This document shows positions 7,027 to 15,387 of a DNA stretch of 20,000 nucleotides, piece by piece. Position numbers and translations under genes: made by a program. The DNA is from an uncultured virus (IMG/VR IMGVR_UViG_3300042294_002722). Its lineage: Duplodnaviria > Heunggongvirae > Uroviricota > Caudoviricetes. The notes beneath the pieces were generated by a model. The model saw nothing but the letters and a program-made list of their open reading frames with translations. It did not search any database and had not been told where the DNA came from. The DNA lies in IMG/VR virus record IMGVR_UViG_3300042294_002722, one strand, 5' to 3'. Positions within the stretch are counted from its first letter, which is position 1. Each line of letters starts with the position of its first letter.

Positions 7027-10000
7027 TCATTCTGGGGCCATTGTTGGGCCTGCCGTGGTCGCTGGTGCTTCCGTAGTTGTTGTGGTTGTCGGGGCTGCCG
7101 TGGTTGTCGGGGCTGCCGTGGTTGTTGGGGCTGCCGTGGTTGTTGGGGCTGCCGTGGTTGTTGGGGCTGCCGTGGTTGTTGGGGCTGCCGTGGTTGTTGG
7201 GGCTGCCGTGGTTGTTGGGGAGCCTAATTCTTCTGGGGGGACATTAGTAGTCACAGGAGGAATTTGAGTAGTCGTGCCCCCACAGAAAGGTGGATTACCA
7301 GATAAGCAAGTAACGCCGGTGTTCCAACTGCACGAGACTTGATTGTTTGAGTAGCTTATACAGGTTTCCAGCGCCACGCCATTTGTGCAACTATAAGACA
7401 CAGGAAACACATTTGCATTAACACAGCAACAAGCACCTAGTAGTATAGTGGTTGTTGTGGTGCTAGTGGTAGTGAATCCGCAAGCGGCTAATGGGTTTGG
7501 TCCGCAGGTAGCGTTGGCTGTCCAAGACCCTCCGATTTCGGTACAGAATGACTGAGAGTAGCCCTCTCCGCATCCTCCTCCCCAAGGACTAGGCGGTACG
7601 CAGCAACGGCCTAAAGGAGTTCCTGTTGTGGTTGTTGTTGGACACGGGTTAGGAGAACATACACTGCCCGCACCCTGGAATGAACCGCCAGAATTGACGC
7701 ATGAGTCTCGGGAACCGACAGTACAGGTTCCTCCCGGCCAGCAGCAGGCTCCAGGACCAATGGTCGTGGTGCTTGTGGTAGTCCCCGTGCCAGTGGTTGT
7801 ACTGGTCGAAGTGCGAGTAGGTACAATCTCTCCGCACTGAAAATCGATCATATCACAATCAGACAGGCTTTGTGCTAATGGTGCGCCCGGACAAGGACAA
7901 GTGGTAGGGCAGTTATCAATAAATTTATTCCAACCACCATAACCGTTGCCCTTATAAGTGCATTTTCGTTGACAGCTTGTGGTGTTACAACATGCGCACT
8001 CTGCATAACCTGATCCGCAACTTGTTTGAATGATCTGGCATACATTAGTCGGAGGGTCAGACGGTACGGAGCATCGACAATTTGCAAAACTAGAAACTAG
8101 ACTATTATCGCATCCCGGGGGGCCAAGTTTACAGCAGTCGCCGTGTCCTTCACCTAAATACACATAGCATGGTATCTCTTGCCATATATACTCAGTACCC
8201 GGGAAGTTAAATACTGAATAAAAAATGCAAGTACCGGAACAGCTACTACAAGGAGGACGCGGGCTAGTAGTAGGAGGCAAACCACAAGGAACCGAATAAG
8301 TATCCCCGCAACTTGCATTAGGTGGAAATGTCCCGGCGCAGAGATTGCCACCGACCATGACGCAATCGGTGGGGCTGGGCGTGCCACCAGGCCCCCAGGC
8401 ATAAGGAGGCAACGTACAGTGGCAACTATTAAGAGCATTCTCACACCTCTCCGTCATCTGCCACTGGTTAAGTGACGATGAAATCGGCACGCTTACATAT
8501 GTCCATGTACATTGTCCGCAAGGCGCGGATGTAGTAGTTGTGCCTGTTCCAGTGGTAGATGTAGAACTGGTACAAATGCACCATTTTCGCCCGTCAAAAC
8601 AAGTCGGTATCTCTGGTTCCGGAGTGGTCGCTGGACATTCTAACTCCGTACCTGCGCCTCCTGGAACGCACTCAGTTCTCACACACATCCCTGCTACATC
8701 AGGACAACGTACAGGCGGCCTGCAACCGCAAGGCGCGATTGTCGTAGTGGTTGTCGTAAAAGTAGTAGTAGGGGCCGGGGTGGTTTCAGTTAAATCTTCT
8801 TCGTACATCTCGCGCCATGCTGGCGCAAAATTGCACAGGTTACAGTCGTAGCCCGGAACACAAGGGGTTTCCCACTTCCATAACCTAGAGCCAGATTCGG
8901 CATAGTCCAGTCTGCCATGCCTGCGCCCCCAGCTAGCAAATCGTTCTCCCTCTACCCACAATACGCCATATCCCCAGTCTGGGTCATTCGGTGCGTCATC
9001 TATCAACCAGTTTCGCATACTGATCCACCAAGAGGTGTCCATTGGCAGCATACGAGGAGGGGGCAACTTTGGCCGAGTTCCTGGAGGGCATGACTGGCAT
9101 ATTGACCAGTTAGGTGCGTACCACGCTAAGGGATTGCGGTCAGGCGGGTCAGAAACAGTGTTCAAACTGTCCTGAAATCCTGGTAGTTGCAACCCTTGAA
9201 TCTCCCATCCATCCTCCTCAGCATATAAAAACGCATTACTCAGTGGTCTTGGTCCCGGATTCAGATCGAATCGTAGAAAGTCCGCAGACTCTAGGGCGTT
9301 TTGCCAGTTTGTTTGAAGATTGTCCCAGTTGAATGCCCTGTAGACCGCTTTACCTACTGGGTAATCACCGGGCAAAGGCAAATCAGAGGAACATGGGTCG
9401 TACACACAGCTAGTCTGATGGTAAACCGCTGTCGCATTTTCGCTAGGCAAAACAGGAGGTTTTGCACCGATGGGGTACAACGGTCTGTAGCCCGGGTCAC
9501 ATTCTTTGCAAACCTGCCACGGTCCTAGGCCGCCTTGCAGCCTAGCAGCGCGAAATGTATTTGCAGGAATACTTGCTGTAGGGGCAAACTTATTAACTTG
9601 GAAACAGGGATTCTGGCGATTGCTAGGCGACTCTGTCGTCGTTGTCGTACTGGTCGTAGTAACCATGAAAATACAACGACTCTCAATGTACGCATTCAAA
9701 GTGAAGCAGGGATCGCCCTGCCCGTAGCAAGTGCAAGGAGATGAGCATCCATCTGCTCCTGGGTTCTCTAACTGATAAGTCAACCCGGTAGAAGGAGCAG
9801 GGGGCCATGCACCTGAGGTCGTAGTTACGGCTACGCATTTAAGTTTGCAGGTAGGTTTTGCGGATAGACAAGGGGCAGCAGTTGTGCTGGTTGCCGTAGT
9901 AGTGGTAGTTGTTCCAGTTGTGGTAGGGCCGATTGTCGTAGGTGGGGGTGCGGCGGTCGTGGTTGTTGTACTTGTAGTAGTTCTGTTCTCGCACCCGCCT

Positions 10001-10548
10001 ACCGGCCCTTCCCAAGCAAGGCCGGAGTTCGCAGTCCATAAACAGTATCCCTGGCAAGGAAGATTCACAGGACTTGGGGTAGTGCTGGTAGTTGTGCCTG
10101 TAGTGGTTGTGGATTTTAATCCGAGCCAAATCCTTGATTGCTCAATATCGCCTTTGTCTACTACCCAAGTCCCGTTCTTATGTTTTGTGATTTTTACCAG
10201 ATGGTTGACTGTCCACCCGGTTTCGTTGTAGACTATGGCTCTGGTAGGGATTCCCACGCCATCTAACAACTGAATGATACGCTTGCTTTCGCGGTCATAC
10301 TTAAACAGACAGCACTTTGCAGCCCCGAAGGAGTCGCTACTAGAGTCGTACCCATCTCTAAGATACCCCGCCGGAATACCTGTCTCACAAGGCGGTAAAG
10401 CGAAGTAGGTATCTGCTGCACTAAACAAATGCCCTGCTTTCGGCGCAATCATAGACGCAGGCGGCGCGCTTTCAGCGGCCCCTAAAACGCGCCCTAAGCG
10501 CTTGCGGTCGGCATCAGATAGAAAATAACCTTTGTGGTTGCCTAGCAT
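7027..10548 (-). CDS. Large Cys-rich, Thr-rich mucin-like protein; probable tail fibre/adhesin
   Basis: 1173 aa, in the position after tape measure and tail-tip genes; about 80 Cys (manual count) in modules separated by about 10 poly-Thr/Pro linkers; three G[A/R]CC modules; C-terminal (PTTTAA)7. Confidence 0.75.
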   Translation of the reverse strand: MLGNHKGYFLSDADRKRLGRVLGAAESAPPASMIAPKAGHLFSAADTYFALPPCETGIPAGYLRDGYDSSSDSFGAAKCCLFKYDRESKRIIQLLDGVGIPTRAIVYNETGWTVNHLVKITKHKNGTWVVDKGDIEQSRIWLGLKSTTTTGTTTSTTPSPVNLPCQGYCLWTANSGLAWEGPVGGCENRTTTSTTTTTAAPPPTTIGPTTTGTTTTTTATSTTAAPCLSAKPTCKLKCVAVTTTSGAWPPAPSTGLTYQLENPGADGCSSPCTCYGQGDPCFTLNAYIESRCIFMVTTTSTTTTTESPSNRQNPCFQVNKFAPTASIPANTFRAARLQGGLGPWQVCKECDPGYRPLYPIGAKPPVLPSENATAVYHQTSCVYDPCSSDLPLPGDYPVGKAVYRAFNWDNLQTNWQNALESADFLRFDLNPGPRPLSNAFLYAEEDGWEIQGLQLPGFQDSLNTVSDPPDRNPLAWYAPNWSICQSCPPGTRPKLPPPRMLPMDTSWWISMRNWLIDDAPNDPDWGYGVLWVEGERFASWGRRHGRLDYAESGSRLWKWETPCVPGYDCNLCNFAPAWREMYEEDLTETTPAPTTTFTTTTTTIAPCGCRPPVRCPDVAGMCVRTECVPGGAGTELECPATTPEPEIPTCFDGRKWCICTSSTSTTGTGTTTTSAPCGQCTWTYVSVPISSSLNQWQMTERCENALNSCHCTLPPYAWGPGGTPSPTDCVMVGGNLCAGTFPPNASCGDTYSVPCGLPPTTSPRPPCSSCSGTCIFYSVFNFPGTEYIWQEIPCYVYLGEGHGDCCKLGPPGCDNSLVSSFANCRCSVPSDPPTNVCQIIQTSCGSGYAECACCNTTSCQRKCTYKGNGYGGWNKFIDNCPTTCPCPGAPLAQSLSDCDMIDFQCGEIVPTRTSTSTTTGTGTTTSTTTIGPGACCWPGGTCTVGSRDSCVNSGGSFQGAGSVCSPNPCPTTTTTGTPLGRCCVPPSPWGGGCGEGYSQSFCTEIGGSWTANATCGPNPLAACGFTTTSTTTTTILLGACCCVNANVFPVSYSCTNGVALETCISYSNNQVSCSWNTGVTCLSGNPPFCGGTTTQIPPVTTNVPPEELGSPTTTAAPTTTAAPTTTAAPTTTAAPTTTAAPTTTAAPTTTAAPTTTTTTEAPATTAGPTMAPE
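7082..7220. repeat. 18-bp tandem repeat (7 full copies plus partial flanks) encoding PTTTAA
   Basis: Unit GGGGCTGCCGTGGTTGT[C/T] at 7091, 7109, 7127, 7145, 7163, 7181 and 7199; six copies are identical and one differs by a single base. Confidence 0.97.
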
Positions 10549-10985
10549 GGGAAAGCGGTCATGTGCAGAATAGCGGTTGCTTTGGTGGCTTTAACAGTAA
10601 TAACCCCAGGAAACTCCCCGAACAACATCCTACCGGGCCTGAGGATTGCATGCAACTTTCCATCGAGGTAGACTTCGATAACATTGCCCTTTTGCTGTTC
10701 GGCCATCAGGGGATCGCTACCTAGGATTTCCAGTTCTTTGTGCCCCAGGAAAATTTCAAAACTTCCTTCGGGCAGTAGCAGTTTCTGTTCCTTGGCGGGA
10801 TTTACTCGGATATCAGACTGGATCGCGGAGTCAACCGATGGGCGTAGTCGGTCGTAGGCCCATCTAGAATTGACCATATTCCCCGTACCCCACTCCAAAT
10901 AAGTCCCCTGGAAAACTGCTGTAAATCGGTCTTCTTCTTTAGGTTCACCTACCGTCTTGACTATTTCTTCGTTCGACTTTAGCAT
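10542..10985 (-). CDS. Hypothetical tail-region protein (beta-rich)
   Basis: 147-aa ORF overlapping both neighbours in the structural operon; no recognisable motif. Confidence 0.7.
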   Translation of the reverse strand: MLKSNEEIVKTVGEPKEEDRFTAVFQGTYLEWGTGNMVNSRWAYDRLRPSVDSAIQSDIRVNPAKEQKLLLPEGSFEIFLGHKELEILGSDPLMAEQQKGNVIEVYLDGKLHAILRPGRMLFGEFPGVITVKATKATAILHMTAFPC

Positions 10986-11920
10986 TAGATTAGCACCGTT
11001 GGGATTCCTAAGAGTAAGAGATTTGCTTGCTTTGCAATCTGAACTGTTTGAATAAACGTGTTACCAGGAATCGGAACTCCTAGTATACCTACGTCATCAG
11101 GGGTAGCAGGTCTGCCGATATAATCCAAAAACACAGGAGGCATGTTCTCGCCGTTATCGTCTTTGGGGATTTCGTAAGACCCCGGCAGAAACGGAATAGC
11201 ACCGTTTTTTAGCCTAGCCAGACCGTATGACGGTATCTTCTTATCAAAGGTATCCAGATTGCACTCAAACGTGTATTGTATCTTGTAGTAGTAAAAACAT
11301 GTACCGTACAGAACTCTCTCAAACCGGCAGTCTGTAAATCGGACACACCTTGCCGGAAACCCCCACAAAGGCGCATCGTTGACTCTGTTAATCAGTAAGT
11401 TGAAGGTAGACGCTGGTAAGACAGCACTGTTGAAACTGATACTGATGGACGGATAGCTTACCTTTTCTTCGACCTCCGGTCCAAGAATAGGCTCCAGATT
11501 CGAGTGCCGAAGTGCCCTTCCAAACCGGTCAGTCTTCATTTCCCGGGAGACATGCACAAAATCCCCAGACAGTGTGTACGGTTCTAATAGCGGGTTTTCG
11601 ATCTGTGTCGAGTTACACCGCTGCATGGGCCTAGTGGTGTACTCATTCGTGATTTGCCAAGACTGCACTACGTCCCCGTCGCTGTATCCCGGGTGAGGTG
11701 CGATAGCTAACCGTGGGGTACAGAATGCCCAAGGATCGTAGTCGTTGTCTATGCTGTATACAGAACCCGTAGGCAGCACTGTATTGACAGCTTGTAGCAC
11801 TGTCTCTGGGCCGTCTAGCGGACTGTCCGTATTGAATATCCAAGTGCATTCGTAAGTTCGATGCCCCTCTTCATCACGGGACATTGATACGTTTTTTAGA
11901 CCTCTCAAAACGGCTGTCAT
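10985..11920 (-). CDS. Putative tail tip/distal tail protein
   Basis: 311 aa, ATGA-coupled to the tape measure stop and beta-strand-rich; function inferred from synteny only. Confidence 0.65.
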   Translation of the reverse strand: MTAVLRGLKNVSMSRDEEGHRTYECTWIFNTDSPLDGPETVLQAVNTVLPTGSVYSIDNDYDPWAFCTPRLAIAPHPGYSDGDVVQSWQITNEYTTRPMQRCNSTQIENPLLEPYTLSGDFVHVSREMKTDRFGRALRHSNLEPILGPEVEEKVSYPSISISFNSAVLPASTFNLLINRVNDAPLWGFPARCVRFTDCRFERVLYGTCFYYYKIQYTFECNLDTFDKKIPSYGLARLKNGAIPFLPGSYEIPKDDNGENMPPVFLDYIGRPATPDDVGILGVPIPGNTFIQTVQIAKQANLLLLGIPTVLI

Positions 11921-14900
11921 GGCGCACCTACGGCATTTAAGTTTGCAGGGCTGATGGTATTGTTTGCATCGGGTGGAGTGGCCCCGCCGCCAGTCAAAGC
12001 CCCAAGAATCTTGAGAAGAATGTTGTTAGCAGTCAACTGGGCGCTGAGTTGTGGGTTAGCCCCTGCGCCTTCGGCTTTTACCCGAGAGGCGTATTCTGCC
12101 ATCTTTGCTCGATAAGAGCCGCTTTCATAGGTAAAAGCCGTAAGGTCTTCTACTCCTCTACCCCTACCTTTGCCTTTGGCTCCAGGACCGCCTTCTAATC
12201 CGCTAAAATCAAAGTCCTTAAACGCCGGAGGGATAGGCATCCCAGGAGGCAGTTCTGCTGGTTTGCCTTCGGGGATTGTCAGATTGAGTGCGGGCATCTC
12301 AATGCCTAGAGCTTTAAGACGATCTGCTGCATTCCCCATTCCTTCTAATCCAGACTTTAGCCTGTCCAGAACACTTGCACCTATGTTGGCGGCTTCTTGG
12401 CCTAGATTAACGCCTTCTTTTGCACCGGGGACATTGCTACCAGGGGGCATGAACATACGGCTACGGGGAACGTAAGACCATTCGCCCTTTGCTTCCATCT
12501 GGTCAAGTATTCGACTTGCTTCTGCTCGTCCACGGCTACGGGGAGTGGTATCTAAACCTTCTTTCCTGGCTATTTCAAGCACTTTTTCGTTGCGCTGCCT
12601 GTTATACTCATCTCTTTCTAATCCTTGCTCAGCAATCCACATAGGAATGCTTGCCGCCATGCTTGCAAGCGTTCCTTGCGGACCTCCCATTGCGTTTACG
12701 CCCGTTGCAGCCATTGCCATCCCGCGTTCTTGGGTAGCACCAAACCCTCCTGCCACCGCCGCCGTTATTTCTTTTATGATGCCAGGGAGGTTGGCTTTTA
12801 ACCAGTGAAACGAGGCTACGATCAATTTGACCATAGCTTCTGCAAGCACCCCTATGTTGTGCAGCAACGCTTTAAGCATAGAGTTCATTGTCTCACCCAA
12901 AAACTGAGAAAGCTCTTTCCAGTTTTTGCGAATCCAATCCGTGAGGATTTGGAAGTTTTCTTGGAAGTTTGCAAAGAACCCTTTGGAAAATAATGAGAGT
13001 CTGTTAAGGTCTTCTTGAATCTGTCTTAATGCTCCGCTTAGGCCACCAGCACCCTTGATATAGTCCCGTACTAGGGCCACACCCATACCTACTGCCCCAA
13101 ACGCCGCCGCAATCTGTAATAGACCGCCTATGGAACTAATCAGCCCCATAACATTCAAAGTCACTATTGAGCTTAACACACTGCCTAGTGTCATAAACAC
13201 ACCAACAAGTGAGGTCAATACGCTGTAAAGCGGGCTAGTAAGCATTTTGAATATGGAGAACAAAGTGGATACTTTGTTAAGATTCCATGCTATAACAGCT
13301 ACTGCTAATCCTAGTGCATTAAATGCCGCTAGTAACAGAAAAGCATTCTTCGCGGTTTCTGCTATCTGTTTTACCAGTTTCGGATTCTTCTCGATCCACT
13401 CCTCTAGGCGATTAAGGTACTCTAGCGTTCTCCTAGCAAGATTCTTCAAGTCTTCTTCAAGTATCGTGTAAATTTTCAAAAGAATCGATGTTTGAAAAGT
13501 TTCACGAATTCGATTCATTAAACCACCGAGTTCATTACTCATGCGGTTCATTGTACCTGCAAAGTGGCCGCCTTCGGATGTTTCGATTCTCAAAGCATCA
13601 ATGACATGCTTTGAAGTAATCAAACCTTTCTCTTTAGCTTCAAACAGTTCTGACATGCGCTCTTCGAGCGTCTGCATAGGTTTCAGCGTGCGCTCTGCAA
13701 TGGTCTTTAGGGGGTTAAACCCTTGCTCAGTAAGCTGCCGCAGTTCGTTCCCTTGGAGTTTACCGAGGGATACGATTTGCGACATAGCATAGGCAAGAAG
13801 ACCGAACCGCCTAGAGTTACCGCCAGCGATGTCCCCTAGACTTTTCATCAAGTCCATTGTTTGCTCTGCGCTCACACCGTAAGCCATCATATTTCTGGCT
13901 TCTTCGGCAAGGTCAGTAAACATATAAGGAGACTGAATAGCAAAATCGCGGATGTCTTTCATCACTGCGTCAGCTTTTTCCGCAGAGCCTACAAAGACTT
14001 CGATGGCTACCGAGTTCTCACGGAACGATGTTCCAATTTCAAGCAAAGAGTTTGCCGTCCTTGCGAGATTTTTCAAGGCATTCATGTGCATGTAGATGTC
14101 TGCACGCTCGGTAAGCCCTTGCCCGAATCCACCTTGCCCGAATCCACCTTGCCGAAAGCCTCCACCCCCACCACCGCTGCTATTGAAGTTTATAGTCGGT
14201 CTTTTAGAGGTATAAAACCGACTAGCCATTCTTCTTTGGTGTATTTCATTGGCTATGCGCAGTCTCTGCTGGTGTGCCTGTTCGGCTCTCCTATTTCTAT
14301 CTTGGTTTATGAGTTGCTGGTTTTGGTGTCTTTGGTTATCTCTGATCGTTCTTTGTTGAATCGATCTTGCTCTTGCGGCTGCGGTAGTAGCGGCTGTTTG
14401 TATGGTAGCAGCAGCCCGGGCTGCTGCTACCGTTGCCTTCGCTGCCGCCGTAGCCGCAGCAACAGTACGCTTGGCGGCGACAGAGGCGGCGGCTTTTTGC
14501 TGTGTGGCAGCAACGCTTGCTGCCGCTTTTGCCTGTGTAGCATTTGTTCTGGCTGTTATAAGCCCCGCTGTGAGTATTGTTTTTATTTTCGTAGCTGCAA
14601 GAGAAGCAGCCGTCTTCATCTGTGTAGCCGCTTGCCGTGCCTGGGTAGCTGAAACCCTGGCTGCGGATTCGGTCTGGATTGCAGCAACTCTAGCAGCGTT
14701 TTTAGTTTGTGTAGCTGCTACTGATGCCGCAGTCTTAGCCTGCGTAGCAGCGACGGCAGCGGCAGCCTTGGTTTTTGTGGCGGCGACCACGGCAGCAGCC
14801 TTAGTTTTTGTGGCGGCGGCTTTTGCTGCTGCTTCTGTTTTTGTGGCAGCAGCGGTTGCAGCGGCCTCTGTTTTAATAGCCGCAGCTTTGGCTGCGGCTT

Positions 14901-15387
14901 TAGTTTTTGTGGCAGCAGCGGTTGCAGCGGCTCTGGTTTTTGCGGCAGCGACTCTGGCTGCCGATTCAGTCTTTAGCGAAGCAACGGTAGCGGCGGCTTT
15001 CTGTCTATTGCCCGCTGCGTCTGCGGCAGCTATAGTCGCCTTAGCAGCAGCATTTGCAGCGGCCTCTATTTTCTTTGCTTCGTTTTTCCCCTTCGCCAAT
15101 AGCATGGCAGCTTGAGTTGATGCACGGGCAATCTTAGCAGCCGCATTTGCGGCTTGTGTTGTTGCCCCGCCGCGAGAAAACAACCCACGAAGAGATGCTA
15201 TGGCCCCAGCTATGCTACCGAAAAAACCTGTCTTAGGGACAGTAGAGGCTGCGGATAGCCTAGAAATTCTCTGAAGAGTCTTTTCTAGCTTCTCAGCTTT
15301 TCTGATGGACTCATCCATCATTTTGCTGTAGTGCTTATTATCACCCTGTAGCTTCACATACAGGGGAGGTAGCTGCCTAGTTGACAT
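11917..15387 (-). CDS. Tail tape measure protein
   Basis: 1156 aa after the frameshifted chaperone; conserved TMP block FAIQSPYMFTDL...MAYGVSAEQ...LGDIAGG....LAYAMSQI...GKLQGNELRQLTEQGFNPL; hydrophobic central segments; Ala-rich repeats. Confidence 0.93.
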   Translation of the reverse strand: MSTRQLPPLYVKLQGDNKHYSKMMDESIRKAEKLEKTLQRISRLSAASTVPKTGFFGSIAGAIASLRGLFSRGGATTQAANAAAKIARASTQAAMLLAKGKNEAKKIEAAANAAAKATIAAADAAGNRQKAAATVASLKTESAARVAAAKTRAAATAAATKTKAAAKAAAIKTEAAATAAATKTEAAAKAAATKTKAAAVVAATKTKAAAAVAATQAKTAASVAATQTKNAARVAAIQTESAARVSATQARQAATQMKTAASLAATKIKTILTAGLITARTNATQAKAAASVAATQQKAAASVAAKRTVAAATAAAKATVAAARAAATIQTAATTAAARARSIQQRTIRDNQRHQNQQLINQDRNRRAEQAHQQRLRIANEIHQRRMASRFYTSKRPTINFNSSGGGGGGFRQGGFGQGGFGQGLTERADIYMHMNALKNLARTANSLLEIGTSFRENSVAIEVFVGSAEKADAVMKDIRDFAIQSPYMFTDLAEEARNMMAYGVSAEQTMDLMKSLGDIAGGNSRRFGLLAYAMSQIVSLGKLQGNELRQLTEQGFNPLKTIAERTLKPMQTLEERMSELFEAKEKGLITSKHVIDALRIETSEGGHFAGTMNRMSNELGGLMNRIRETFQTSILLKIYTILEEDLKNLARRTLEYLNRLEEWIEKNPKLVKQIAETAKNAFLLLAAFNALGLAVAVIAWNLNKVSTLFSIFKMLTSPLYSVLTSLVGVFMTLGSVLSSIVTLNVMGLISSIGGLLQIAAAFGAVGMGVALVRDYIKGAGGLSGALRQIQEDLNRLSLFSKGFFANFQENFQILTDWIRKNWKELSQFLGETMNSMLKALLHNIGVLAEAMVKLIVASFHWLKANLPGIIKEITAAVAGGFGATQERGMAMAATGVNAMGGPQGTLASMAASIPMWIAEQGLERDEYNRQRNEKVLEIARKEGLDTTPRSRGRAEASRILDQMEAKGEWSYVPRSRMFMPPGSNVPGAKEGVNLGQEAANIGASVLDRLKSGLEGMGNAADRLKALGIEMPALNLTIPEGKPAELPPGMPIPPAFKDFDFSGLEGGPGAKGKGRGRGVEDLTAFTYESGSYRAKMAEYASRVKAEGAGANPQLSAQLTANNILLKILGALTGGGATPPDANNTISPANLNAVGAP
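14368..15165 (-). repeat. Ala/Thr/Lys-rich low-complexity region with 11-aa (33-bp) period in the TMP N-terminus
   Basis: TKTKAAAKAAA / IKTEAAATAAA / TKTEAAAKAAA / TKTKAAAVVAA / TKTKAAAAVAA / TQAKTAASVAA / TQTKNAARVAA / IQTESAARVSA. Confidence 0.9.

Noticed and set aside
7082..7220. Tandem repeat as a CRISPR array or iterons
   Set aside because: No spacers; the 18-bp unit is in frame within a CDS.
7007..7267. + strand ORF of (GAAVVV)n and similar Val-rich ORFs at 8540 and 9845
   Set aside because: Antisense reading of poly-Thr codons in the fibre gene.
7027..10548. Diversity-generating retroelement target
   Set aside because: No reverse transcriptase in the window and no TR/VR pair differing at adenines seen by eye.
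7027..10548. Eukaryotic contamination or chimeric assembly of a mucin gene
   Set aside because: Intronless, overlaps the upstream phage gene by 7 nt and is co-oriented within the tail operon.
14402..15115. 237-aa Ala/Val-rich + strand ORF (also 13861..14652)
   Set aside because: Antisense shadow of the Ala/Thr/Lys repeats of the tape measure gene.
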